Shown: positions 1-12,655 of the stretch, piece after piece
How the letters are laid out: every line of letters starts with the position of its first letter
Position numbering within the stretch: position 1 is the stretch's first letter
Assembly (NCBI GenBank): GCA_964187785.1
Contig: OZ076409.1
Span: forward strand, 8,496,001 to 8,560,000
Direction: 5' to 3'
Length of the DNA: 64,000 nucleotides
From: Amphiscolops sp. MND2022
Lineage: Eukaryota
Made by a program: the position numbers and the translations under genes
Notes under the pieces: generated by a model
Seen by the model: only the letters and a program-made list of their open reading frames with translations
Database searches by the model: none
What the model was told of the DNA's origin: nothing

Positions 1-271
1 CCTACCATTTTTGGAAGTTTTCGTTCTCGAAGCTAATATAACTGCGGTGGAAAATTTTTTGAATATTTTTTTGTCATTAGAGAGAGCATTTAGTTGCGGA
101 AAATCAAGCTGCCAAAGTGGATAGTCTGGGATGAAAAGGTTTCTAGAAACTAGGTTTCAAAGATTTCAATTGCAGAGGGTATGTCTCGCGAAAATCAAAC
201 CAAAAATCCAAATGCTTGTAAAAATGGAACTATAGAGACTTCTCGCTAAGTTCGATGCCTCGGAAAAAACT

Positions 272-768
272 AACAAGACGGGAACGTCTAAAGTCGGCGA
301 CATATCTAAGGCTCGAAAGCGCAGTTCTTAAAATTTGCGTAGGACGTTTTCTTGAAAAACGCTTGTTTTCGAACCTCCGCCTCCTTATCAATAAAACGCA
401 ATATAGTTCGGATATAGTGTTAAAAGTTTGGAAATAGCGCTTCAATTCGGAAATTACGAGGGGAGACTTCATTAAAGTCGAAGGGGGACCCTATGGAGAC
501 AAAAAAATTCTCGAAAAAAAGTCTCCAAGTGCCGACAAAATTGAAAGGGGGCCTTTCGTCTCGTCCGGTTGTGTGGGTAACGTTAAAAAGTAAAAAAGTA
601 AAAAAGGACCCTTTGCACCAAGTTTCCGCTGGCCGGACTTGGCTTCAGTAGTTTTAGTAGTTTCTGTAAAAAGTGGACCGATCAGCGTTAGGTCTGTGGG
701 CTGGAGAAAATAAGGTCACTGTAAGAGTCGGGCATTTTCTTTTTAAACGAAAATGCGCCGACTAAAAA
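272..768 (-). mobile_element. Helentron/DINE-like non-autonomous element (HINE)
   Basis: T-run + AGTCGGCGC subTIR with nearby partial inverse at one end; CGCCGACT + small hairpin + TTGTT at the other. Confidence 0.75.
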
Positions 769-2697
769 TCAACATACAAAAAACATTTGTACATGAGGAA
801 AAAATGTTTTTGACTCTAACTACAATTCAGTTCAAGAGAAGTCATGTTCAATACTAAATTCATGCTTAAAATTCCAACAAAAAATAAAATTCAAACCCTC
901 ACCTTTTATGGTTTTGATTTGTGTAATCATCTAACTGTTTTCTATGTGTAATATATACACAAAGCTATACGTGTACTAATATACTTTTATACAAATTAGA
1001 AGACGCTATTCGTATGTTTCACTTGGGAACTGAAAAAACTATGGTCTTGAACGGGACTCGAACCCACGTGCTTCTGTTACAAATCAAGCCCGGGAATCTC
1101 TAGAATCAAGTAGACTGTACTTGTTAGTAGTTGAATAGCAAAAATGGGTTGAAACAATTCAACGAAGAAGCTCAATGGAGCTGCGGTTTTCGTTTTCTTT
1201 TGAAATCGACAAATGAAAAATTTCTCTTTACATCCGGTTGTGAAGTTTCAAAATTTAAACCAATTTTCTCAATTGTTTTCAATAGGACGTCCAAATATGG
1301 TAATTCTCTTGAGTTAATCGGAATAATAGATCACGCTGACATCACGCTGAGAGTTGTGTAAGCATCAGACAAATGCTTGAATAATGATTTTTCCAGCCAA
1401 CCAGAAACTGTGCACAAAAGAAATTAGTGTGAAAAGCAGAAGAAAAATGCTTGCCAAAGGTGAGGTAGTCAGCTAGGATTGATTTCGGGTCAGTCGATTC
1501 TGTCCAATTGAGCTTCCAATGGTTTGCAGCTCTTCTTAATTGGCAAGGATTTGGATTGACGTTTGTCGGTTATGAAATTGGAAGAAAAAATGAAAAAGAA
1601 TAAATCTTTTCTTCATGAAACTAGCGTGACTTTGTAAATTTGAGTTTTCTTGCATTTACTAATTACTTTCAGGGCTGCGTGTAATCGTCTTTTGGAAAAA
1701 TGTTTTTTTTTGCTTATATATATTGAAGTTTTCGGTAACTATCAAAAAGCAATTGATCTTATATTCCAAATAAAATGAAGTTTCCGTGTTTTTAGATTAT
1801 ACATAAAAACCACGTTGAAATTAATAGTTTGGTTCTCTGAATTCCCTTTTTTTATATCAGTCCACAAAATTTGTCACCCAGAATTGCAATGCCAAGAGTT
1901 TAAGTCGTGAAAAACAATTCTCTAATAATCTCTAACAGTGTGGCCTTGCTTTCGTCACTTTTAACCCAACAAGCGCGAGGCATCTACCGAAACTAAAGAT
2001 CTTTCTTGAGCAAAAAAAATGTACTTTTCGCAGAATACGCTTGAAAGGACGCTGAAAATTGACGTGGCGTCATAGCTAGTCGGAAAAGCTTTCATGAGGT
2101 TTGATAATAATGTGAATATATGTAATTTTTCAGTTTAAATCAATTTTGGTGCTAGGTCAATTGGCCGACGGCGCTTTTGACCGACTGTGCAAATGACAAC
2201 TAAATAGGTTCAGAACAGCCGATTAAGACCTAAATTGGAGTTTATAAATCAACATGAATGAAACTATGTTTTCATAGAAAGCAAGGAAATGGAGCTGATA
2301 TCGATTCAAAATGATTCAGTTTTGTATCCGTTTAATTGAGAAATAGTAAGCATGTTGACAAACAAATTTTTGATGCAGATCGAACTTTTGATTCGATGCG
2401 AGTTATAGTTGCTCAATGTACCCCCCTAAGTGTCATATGAACATATGAACGCAGCCCGACGAGGCTCAATCTCTGTTATAAATTCATAAGTTTTATAATC
2501 CATGTATTATCCATATGTCCGCAGCGGACGCGGGAATTGAATTTAAGTCATCTTCTTCTTAACAAAATTAAGAAAAGTTTCACTGACATCCAATCATATT
2601 CGATCTGGTCGGATAACTGTCGGCCAGTTGAGCGGTCGGCCAATGGAACTACCACAGTCAAATTTACTCTTTAAATGTTCCAATTTGTGATTTTCAG

Positions 2698-2775
2698 GAA
2701 GTGAGAAACTGAACCAAACGGGGGAAGGGAATTTGACAGAAACAACCAACATTAACAAGAGTCTGTTGGCACTTG
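2698..2775 (+). CDS. KIF12: KIF12-like kinesin, motor-domain exon (G)SEKLNQTGEGNLTETTNINKSLLALG; upstream exons not found in the window
   Basis: ttttcAG acceptor, GTaag donor; kinesin GSE...NINKSL motif; phase 1-1. Confidence 0.88.
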
Positions 2776-3898
2776 GTAAGGAAATCATAACCTTCGCAAT
2801 CTTTCATTTGTTTCGATGATTTGCAATAACTTAATCTCGTATCGCTTTGCCTATATTGCGCCCAAAACGAAATAGTAAACCGTTTACACGTTCAGTAAAG
2901 CATTTCAGATGTTAAATCAACAACCCATAGAAATTGATTAGCTTGCTATAGCAAATCTCAACAAAAGTGAACGAAACGGTAGCTTGAATGCACCATAGGT
3001 AGCTTTACACCGTTTGCGCGTTCACTAAAGTACAGGATGTTAGGTGAACCGTCTCGAATAACTTTCTAGATTTTGAGCCAATCACAGGCCTCCAAATTGA
3101 AAGCGCTTTACAATAACCAACTAAGTGAACCATATTAGTTTTCGAGTGAAGCAAAGTATTTAAGGTGGCCAAGATTTCATTCATTTGGTTCAGCTATTGA
3201 GCATCAATGAAAATACTCCCCGCAATATTCTGTTTTGACCAAATCCTTGAATATGTAATTGTTATTTCTGCGATAGCAGGAATAATGTAGAAATAGGAAA
3301 GCGATGTTTTTTTCAGGGACTCTGTTAGTGATCCGAGTACCTACTGAAAAAGGTTCAGAGATTTTGTTCGGCAGAGAGTACAAGCGTGAGATTTAGATTT
3401 CTCAAGCTGCCGACAACAATTCAATTCTCGTGCGATGAGGCGAGCGAGCGTGAATTATGCATTTATATGCCAAATTCATTGAGATGAAGCGAATGAGTGT
3501 TGATATTTCGTTCACCGAGAGCTTCGCCTGCATTCAAGTCCGAATGCGCAACTTCGTATACGCTTAGTAGCGATATTTACTTTCGTCCGAGAAGAGTTAA
3601 AGGAGCTGTAAATTGGCCCAGTAATTAGTTGTGCGCTACATAAAGATTAAACTAGTGTATAGGTATTCCAGGTATGCTTTTATTATTGAACATGAAGCCT
3701 AAAGCAGAAATAATACTGTGCGCCGCTGGTGCCTGTTCTCCAAATTAGCGCCGACGTCAATTTACTTCGTGCTAACTATTCATCAATGAACTCGCGCCCA
3801 TTTATTCACAACAGATCAGTACCGTAATCTTACAGGTACAATACTTAGGAAAGACCATTCTCGTTTTGGCTCGGTCGTAATGTAATTTCTGATGCCAG

Positions 3899-4017
3899 GT
3901 AACTGCATCTCGTGTCTGAGTGACACCCGCAAGAGAAGTGGCCACATCCCCTACAGAGAGAGCAAACTCACCCAACTGCTCGCCGACAGTCTGGGAGGCA
4001 ACGGCGTCACCCTCATG
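3899..4017 (+). CDS. KIF12: KIF12-like kinesin exon [39 protein letters not shown]
   Basis: ccAG/GTtagt boundaries; kinesin [10 protein letters not shown] motif; [14 protein letters not shown] resembles KIF12 as I recall it. Confidence 0.92.
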
Positions 4018-5323
4018 GTTAGTCATCGACAACATGTGATCCGTACTCTTTTCTGTTGTTAATTTCCCCCAGTTGAGCGGTCAAGTGATTTATCATTCAA
4101 TTCATAGAAACAACCAATCAAATTGCAATGTTTTATAACTCTAACTGCAACTAAAAGGCATCGCTAATACTGGTGGGGGTGACTATTAAATCGTAGAATA
4201 CTCATATTGTCAAAAAATTTACCCTATTCAAAGCGTCGAAAGATTATTTTCAGATTTTATTTTGAAAAGGTTAGCATATTTGTTGTATGGCTCGGTCGCC
4301 TCGCTCCCTTCGCCAAGTAGCAACATTGAGGCATGGCCATATGGCACGTTGCTTCGCTTCGCTCCTGCTTGAAGGGCACTTACCTATAGTAATCACGTTT
4401 CAGCTGGTGCTGTTACCAATCTACTAGAATTTGGCTGGCTCATTAAACGGAATTTTGGTCGCGTGCTTATGACGCGCAGTATAACTGCGCGTCAAGTTTC
4501 AACCACGCCTTCGACGCTTTGAATATTCTGCGATTTGAAGTTCACACACTGGTGGGGAATTAAATTTTCCGCGCTTACTGTGGGGGAAATAAAAGAAAAG
4601 ATCCTGCGATCCAAAGCAGTAAATTCATTTATTCGGAACCTAAAATCATGGAAAACTTGGAACTGTTTCGCAACATTCTAATAGAGCCAAGGGTTAAAGT
4701 GTTTTCCGTCCCCTTCAAGGATTTAGAGTTTCAAAGGACGCGTGTCATGTCCTTGATTCACTGGAGACAACACTATATTCATGGGCAACATGGGTCAACG
4801 ATGCCAAAATACATAGAAAACACGACCCGGGTGCATTTAAAATTTTGTCCCGAACGATGCTTCCGTATATAAAAGTTAGTTGCCATATGTGAAAAACGTT
4901 TTATGGACATGCTATGAATGAAATGTTTCCATGTTTGGTCCTTGTATGGCTTGTATGTTTCCATTAAAGGTTACAGTAGAAGTGTGGTCATTTCCAAGAA
5001 AACTTTTGAATAGTAGTAGCCGTTGGCTGTGTAAGATGTAAGTACAAAGAGGTCGTTCAACATTGTACACGCTAAATAAATAGATGTTACACAACAGTTC
5101 TACAGACTTTGTAATTTGCAATTCAACTAAAGCTGCAATCTTCGCCTCCAGAAATACAGGATGAATTACCTGTTCGCTGTCCACCCCACGATACATATTA
5201 TATCTTTGGAGCATAAAAGAAACTTCTAGTTTCTCATTCCACGTTCGTTTTACCCTATAACAACTTAGCCCAAACTCATTCCACTCTACGATCATCTAAC
5301 TCCACCCCCATTTTGAACCAAAC

Positions 5324-5916
5324 TTTAGTAGGCGCTCCATGAAATGAAACGCGACTATTATAGTGACTATTTTTTTCAATCCACACGAACTGACCAAAGT
5401 AGTTCTACAAAAGTTCTACGGAATATTATGATGTCAAATTGAGCCATTCGCCTAGCAAACTGAACCAAAAAGGTTTTTCCTGTTTTTCCGCGTACCATAT
5501 AGTACCGGGCGAGACTAAAGGGTCCCCCTTTTCAGTTTTTTTTTCGGTATTGTGAGATTTTTTCTCGAAAAAAATTTTCCCTCGAAGGGTCCGCCTTCAA
5601 TTTTTTTGATGCTTGGCGACAGAAAGGATGTTTAAAAATCCCAAAGGATCTGCTTTTCAGTTCTTTCGGCATAGTGAGAATTTTTTTGAAAAATTTTAAA
5701 TGATTTCCAAGGGTCACCCCTTTAATTTTTTCATGTTTTGCGATGGAAATGTTGAAAAATCCCTAAGGGTCCCCCTTTTCAGTGCGCTTAAGGGTTCTTC
5801 GTGATTTTGGTAACCTTTTTGTGAGTTTGATACTTTGAGTTTTTTGACACTTTAATGTTCTTTTTATATTTTTGAGCCTTAGATATGGCGCCGACTTATG
5901 CCGTTCCCGGCTTGTT
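5324..5916 (+). mobile_element. HINE copy
   Basis: Same termini; GCCG-ttcc-CGGC hairpin. Confidence 0.75.
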
Positions 5917-6541
5917 AATTGTTTGGAAAGCTTTGTCTCGACAGAAAAGTAACCCTTTTGCCGTAAGCATTATCTATGGCTCTGTCACTAAGACGGTTTT
6001 GGACAAGCTCACTTTTCGAATTTGTTCTGGCCTTTTCGTTTCGCAGAACTTCGGTATTAGTGTCCGGTCCCTCGGCCCGAACGTTCCATCCTTTCTTGGT
6101 CATGTGTCCTGAACCGGCCATGATGACAGTTTGAATCTGGGGCAAAACCTGATTGCTAATAGCATCGTTAATGGCCCTTTGGATTCGGACACTGACACTG
6201 TTCATCATCTCATCCATTTCCCTAGATATCCTGGAGTTCAATTCACTTGACAATCTATTAATCTCAGCACTAGAATTGGCACTTGCTGAGTTTCGGCTGT
6301 AATCGGCGTTAATACCTGGGTTGATAACTCCTGAGTTCAGATACGTATTTGCATCATCGTTTTCAATGTTATTGCTATTGGCATTTTCAGGCCTTCTAGC
6401 AAGATTGCTATTTAAACGTTCCTCTCTTTCCACTGTATCAAAATGGTTTTTACCAAGCATTATGTTTAGATTCTCAAAATCAGAGAGCATCTCTAGTCCT
6501 CTTGACTTCCTGGCTTTCTTTTTCTTTCTGGTAGTAGGCAT
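5917..6541 (-). pseudogene. Truncated ORF (MPTTRKKKKARK...), Asn-rich with coiled coil; possibly the gag-like N-terminus of a retroelement, cut by a HINE
   Basis: About 208 open codons in AT-rich DNA; no diagnostic motif seen. Confidence 0.35.
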
Positions 6542-7714
6542 TGAGAAACTCCGAGTAATAATATTTGAATTTCGTACGTTGAAATATTCGATGTGAGACA
6601 TATGACGTCATCACTGAGCATGACTAAATTGGCTAAACCGCCATTAGAAGTGAAAGCGGCAGATGACAAAGGAGAAAACCGAGAACTCCACATAGCATGT
6701 AGAACGGGAACTTAACCACTAAAATGGACTGGAAATATCCGGTGTTAGACACACCTTTGACGCATTATTTCCCAAAACTGTTCTGTATTAGCAAGACGGG
6801 AACTTTTTCCTCCCCCCCACACTTTTCAAGATGATGTTTCTGCAATTAATTATAATATTATAATAATTCGTTAAATAACAAAAAGACTTGAATACAAACC
6901 AGAATCATTCAAGTTTAAATGTATATCCACAGTGACAGTTTATAATTGAGATACAAACTTTGTTCACACTATTTTCCCTATTTTTTTTTAAAATGGGGGG
7001 AAAGGAAAAAGAGCCCTTTCTGTTCCTTCTTTTAGTTTCCCTGTTGTGCATACCACGGTTGGTTGCCATCTCACTAACCCACTTGGCTCAAGACTGATGA
7101 CAACGATCTATGTCGTCTGAGAGAGCAAAATCAAACAAGTCACCCCAAAACTCGGGGAAACTATTCTCCTTAATAATGTAGAAAAATCCCCAAAACCAGC
7201 CCACTACTACCAGTCCCAAAACTACTGTATGCAGCGAACACTGCAAAAAACGTCTGATTGCCCAATTACCGTTATGCAGTGAGTAGAACCTGTGAGCTTG
7301 TGGCTAGCCATGAAAAGTTCTAATGTAATTTACTTGCTGTAATTGTTGATTAAGTTCGTGACCTGCTGTTTACGATTTAAATGCTATTCTACCGTGCTGT
7401 TGATTGCCTACTCTGTTTATTGATCGTCTTTTTTGACCCAGCTTTGAAACACTAGAAGAACGGTGGTTCTGGGTTGGCAAAGTGCTCCTTTTCATTAGCA
7501 ATTAGAGACTGGAGCCCACTCCAATCGGAGAAAACCTATGCAAAGTTGTGCTCCCCCCTACGGGGCAACGCTCACAGGAGGCAGAACAATCCTATTGACA
7601 GATGGGAGCCCGTTTCGTTTACATCGGTACACCCCGTAGATCAGTCAACGCCTCTTAGCGGGCTGCTGTATACTGGTTTACTATTTTTACTATTTCTGTT
7701 TTTGGGGCACGAGC

Positions 7715-9840
7715 TTTGCGAGACGCCCATATGGTGACGTTTTTTCTTTTCGTGACATGTGCCAATTTTTTAAACTTGTGAGGCAAATTTCTCAAAACTC
7801 AGAACAGATACGGACACCATGTTTTCGCTAAAAGTTGCGCAGGATCCTAAGCTACATTTTCGCCGAAAAAAGTTTTCGAAAAAAATTCGGCTTATTGGGT
7901 TTTTTTCAAAAGAATTTTTGAAGAAACGCTGTTTTTGACTATTTTTCATCTTTGATCCCCTATATCTCAGAACTGAGACCGAATACAGGGTCCATGGTTT
8001 CGTAAATTAAACAAGCGTTTTATAGGCTACATTTTGGCCTGAAAATGACGTCAAATTTTTTTTCATACTTGGTGTTTTCGGGCAAAAAAGGACATAAAAA
8101 TTTTTGAAAAAAATTTTCTCATTTGTAGCTCATATTTCTCAAAACTGATAAAAGATACAGAAACCGTTCTCTTTCGAGAAGAACAGCATAGATATAGGCT
8201 ACTTTTTGGACCAACAAAGTTACCGTCATCAAGTATGACGCCTTCGTTTTTCTGCCCAAAAAACTTCAAATTTTTTCAAAAAAAATTTCATGGTTACTTT
8301 TTACTTGAGCTCGTATATCTCATGACCGAGACCAAATATTTGGTTCATGGTTTCGGTGATTTTACGGGACTTATGTAGGCTTCGTTTTAGGCTAAAAGTG
8401 ATGTCGAAATTTTTTCGCTCTGACTTTCTTTTAGCAAATAAAGTAATGATAAAATTTTTCTGAAATTTTTCCATTTTTTTCCAATTTGTAGCTGATTTTT
8501 CTCAGAACTGAAAATAGATACGAAAAGCATTCTCCCTCACAAAGTGAGGCAAGTATGTTGCCTACTTTTTGTACTATCAAAGTTTCCGTCATGAAGTATG
8601 AGGCCTTCGGGTTTGTGCCAAAAATACATTTTCTCATTTTTCTCAAAAAACATTTCCTTCATCTTTTTATTAGTTCTTTTATCAAAATATCCTCATCTGA
8701 GACTGGATAAGTTCACAAGGTTGTGGGCCCTGGAACACAAAGAATTTGTAACACCTGCTGCAAACCATTGAACGTTTCTGCTCGTGCCCAAGCGCGACAT
8801 GCCGTCGCGCTTATGTTTTTTTCTGGTTTCTGTTTTTTTTTTCGCGTGACATGCCCCCTACTTCTGTAAACTTTAAAGCCTAATTTCTAGAAATTTTTTT
8901 CATCTCAGACTACCCAAGTTTTTGATAAATTTTCTGCAATTGAAAGCTTTTTCCAACGATATGAAAGTTTTTAACGATTTCGCCCTCGCGGTTCCGAAAA
9001 CAGAAGTATTCAAAAAAATCATGGTCTCCGCCATTTGTCCCTTGTTCCCCGGCCAACAAAGCTTGAAACACTGACCCAAAATAGATACTGACAAACGCGG
9101 CAGGAATTTCTGATAATAATACTGACAATTTCGTTGCTATTCGAATAATTCCACGAAATTTCATTTTTCGGGAATTTTCTCCTAAGCTAATTAAACCGCG
9201 CTGATGTGAAATCTTTTAGGGAACAATTCTTGAAACCGAGACAGGACATGGATACCGTGTTTCTGTTAAAAGTTGATCAAGAACCTATGCCAACTTTTCG
9301 TCGGAAAAAGGTTTCAAAAAATCAACTTCGCTGTTTTTATTGGAAAGTTCTGAAAATTTACAAATTTTGACTGTTTCTCAGCTTTCATATCAGAATCGAG
9401 ACCAAATACCGTGTCCATATTTTTGTAAATTATACAGCGGTTTCGTACGCTACTTTTTGGTTCAAAACTGATGTCAAAAAATTTTCTCTTTCCTGTTTTT
9501 TGAGCAACGTTTAGGTGGAAAAAGTTTTCTGATTTTCTCCAATGTATAGCTCATTTTTTTTCAGAACTGATACTAGATACGAAAACCATTCTCCTTGAAA
9601 AGTACGGCAAGGATGTAAGCTTTTTACTGTCAAATTTTCCGTCATCAAGTCTGACGCATTTCTTATTCTGCCAAGACTACTCTGAAAGTTTTTTAAATTT
9701 TTTCTTTGTTTTTTCATCCAAAATATTTGATCTGAGACTAGATAAACTCAAAATGTTTCGAGCACCGGAACATGCACATTTGGTAGCACCAATGAATGTT
9801 TTTGCTCAAAACCACTGGAGACTTTCCGTCGCTTTTTTTC
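7715..9840. repeat. Two adjacent related elements built from diverged subrepeats of about 175-180 bp
   Basis: Recurring TCTCA(G/A)AACTGA..GATAC motif at about 7790, 7965, 8137, 8318, 8500, 9228, 9390, 9560; a related start at about 63410-63500. Confidence 0.6.
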
Positions 9841-9896
9841 TTTTAATACTGTTGCTTGTTGAAAAAAGCACTATAAGATCAGTTTCAAAATTGTTG

Positions 9897-10490
9897 TTTT
9901 TTAGTCAGCGCTTTTCGTAGCAAACGCAGACTATAGCACTGTTTTTTTAAGACCGACGAAGTGACAGATTTTATAAGTTTTATGAGCTGAGCTGTTAGAA
10001 GAAACTGCAGCGTAGATTTTGATCGGATATAACGTTTTCAAAGCTGGCATATAACGTTTTCAAAGTTGGGATATAACGTTTTCAAAGTTCGGATAAAACG
10101 TTTTCAAAGTTCGGTTATAAGGCTTTCAATGTTCGGAAATAACGTTTTGAATGTTCAGATGTGATTTCCGCTTTGTGAGACTTTTCAAAGGGTCCCACTT
10201 CAATTTTTTTGATGGTTCGCAACATTTTAGAGCTTTCCTTAGGGTTTCCGACACTATGCGACTTACCGGATACATTTGTTGAAAAAAAATCAAAATTTGT
10301 TTTCGAGAGGTTTTTGGTTGAGTAAGATGGTTTTTTGCTGTTTCCAGTTGAGGAAGAGGTGACTTTCGAGTCTTGCGTATCCCTCGAGGTATTTTTTAGC
10401 ACAGTAAAATTGATGAACTTTTAACAAAAAAATCCTTTGCATATTCGAAAAAAATTAACTTTTTGAACCTTGGGACGTTATCGACTTGTT
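9897..10490 (+). mobile_element. HINE copy with an internal 22-bp tandem array
   Basis: TTTTAGTCAGCGC start, GACTTGTT end. Confidence 0.6.
10024..10160. repeat. About 6 x 22-bp tandem repeat GGATATAACGTTTTCAAAGTTC
   Basis: Directly visible. Confidence 0.9.
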
Positions 10491-10721
10491 CAAACTCGAT
10501 GTAACGGTCACCCATGATAGCGGAAAAATTTTGAGAATTTCCTTCAAAATTGGGGACTAACGAATTTCAGTCATATTCTGCTCACCACGACCGTTATCGA
10601 GACGTTATCGACTTGTTCAAACTCGATGTAACGGTCACCCATGATGGCGGAAAATTTTTGAGAATTTCCTTCAAAATTGGGGACTAACGAATTTCAGTCA
10701 TATTCTGCTCACCACGACCGT
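10474..10721. repeat. Near-perfect tandem duplication, period 127 bp
   Basis: 10474-10594 repeated at 10601-10721. Confidence 0.92.
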
Positions 10722-12655
10722 GTTATTAAAAGATCTGCCCGAAGAATTGGAAATGCGTTAAAGCATAAGTGCTTTAGACCGCGAACCGATGAACCGAAAG
10801 AAGAAAGAGAATTGCAACAGTCAGAAAACGCGATTTGCAAGTACCAATCTTTGTAAGACGGGACTTTGACGAATTTGATTCTTGAGCATTATGTTGCTAA
10901 TTGTTGTGAATGCTTGCTAGAATGTTTTCTTGACTTGAATAAGCCTACCGTGCTCACATGTCCCCATTCTTTTATTCAACAGTCCATTATTGTCTATTGT
11001 TTATGATGTGGTAAATTGCCTTTTCTTGATTACCGTAGCTCAAGAGCTACGTGTTTTCACTTCTTGTCGATAGAAGAAATTAACCTTTGATACTTTGTTA
11101 CCTGTAGATTTTAAAGGCCAACTAAGCGGTGGTTCCGAGGAAAAAGCCAAATGCCCGTTGCTGTTGACAATAACAGACTAGAGCAGGCCAGCGAGCACTC
11201 CTTAAAAACAGAATCCCCTCCTGGCGGTTCATACCCCAGGAGGCAAAATGGGCTCATGGCATGGGCGCCTGTCCCGGGCACATTCCCATGTCAAGAGTTC
11301 CTCCTACTTCATATTGAGCGGCCATGGCAACCTTCGTTATGTCCTTTGCATATTTGAAAAACATTTTATTTTTTGAACCTTGGGACGGTCCGGACTTGTT
11401 CAAACTCAAAGTGCCACTAGCAACACCAGTTTTGAAAGCAATAGTTCAATTTTGGTGATGATTGACTTTAGCAACGTGGATGCAAGTATTCAATGAGGCG
11501 ATCCTGCGAGCTTAAAAGGGCTTTTGTTGTAAATGAAAGCATCAACAATTATATGCGAGAATTTTTATGTGGAGCTGAAAGGTGTTTTGGAACGTCACAT
11601 GGAAAGATCTTTTCAATTATTTTGATCCTCTTTCCAAAACTTTTCTGCGCTGCCACCGGATGCAAAACAAATAAAAAAATGACGAAAAGCCATAATAAAA
11701 TTCAATTTTCATTTCATAAATCCCCGAGTTGGAAAATGCTATACTTTGAGATATCCACATTATCATCAAGTTAACTCCTTTCAGCACCGAAACTTATTTC
11801 CTAGCTTAAAATGTTCAAAAACCGAGGCCAGTCCTTTGTTGAATGGCAAAATTTCGAAAACCTCATATTTCTGTAGTAAATTGTATAAACATGTCAAAGA
11901 TCAAGAAGGGGACCCTTTGAACCTTTTGGCAGTCTTTTTGAACCTTATCGTAGAACTTCTTCGATCACTTCAAGCGCTTAGAAAAATAGCGACAAAAAAC
12001 CACTCCAAAACTTGCGTGACTTTCCGTTAGTTTTTTGTTTCTCATTTTTGTTTCATTCCGGGAGTGACGATTTCATGCTGAATGCCAAAATATCCAAAGT
12101 TCTAGAAAATCTCTGAAAATTGGCAAATTTGTCGGAAGGGGTAAGTTTCCATCCTGTTTCCACAAACGTATTCGGATTTTAAAAGTTTTTTGACACCTAA
12201 TTGGCTATTCTCGAAACTGATATTTTTTTTCAGAAAAAGTTTTCGCTTTGTTTTTTTTTCATGTTTCTGGTTGGAAAAAAGCAGAAAAACGTCAATGTTT
12301 TGATGTTTCTGGTCAGAATAAGTTTTACCACAGTTATTGGTCTTCGTACAAACCCGTTTCAGCCAAAAGTGTCCCCCTCTGCTTTTTTCGGGACTGTGAA
12401 ATTGAGAATTCATTAAAAATAATCCTTGACGCTTCCAAGTACTTTTGCACTTTTTTAGCCTCAAGTGAGGCGCTGAATTCTGCTGTTCCCAGCTTGTTTA
12501 ACTACTGGTTCCTCTGAACGATGCATTCGCCAAAGCTTTTTACCAGATTTACCATTTAATATCACAATAATTATAACGAAAATTATCAATTTTCCCGACA
12601 GAAAACAACGATGTTCTATCAAAAATAGCGTGTCCAGACAAAAGGGCTTGCAGAC

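Noticed and set aside
4648..5295. Overlapping short ORFs with coding-like composition
   Set aside because: No motif recognised; possibly a decayed element, but no call can be supported.
10024..10160. 22-bp and 21-bp (35347-35478) repeat arrays as CRISPR
   Set aside because: Contiguous tandem units with no unique spacers and no cas genes; eukaryotic context.
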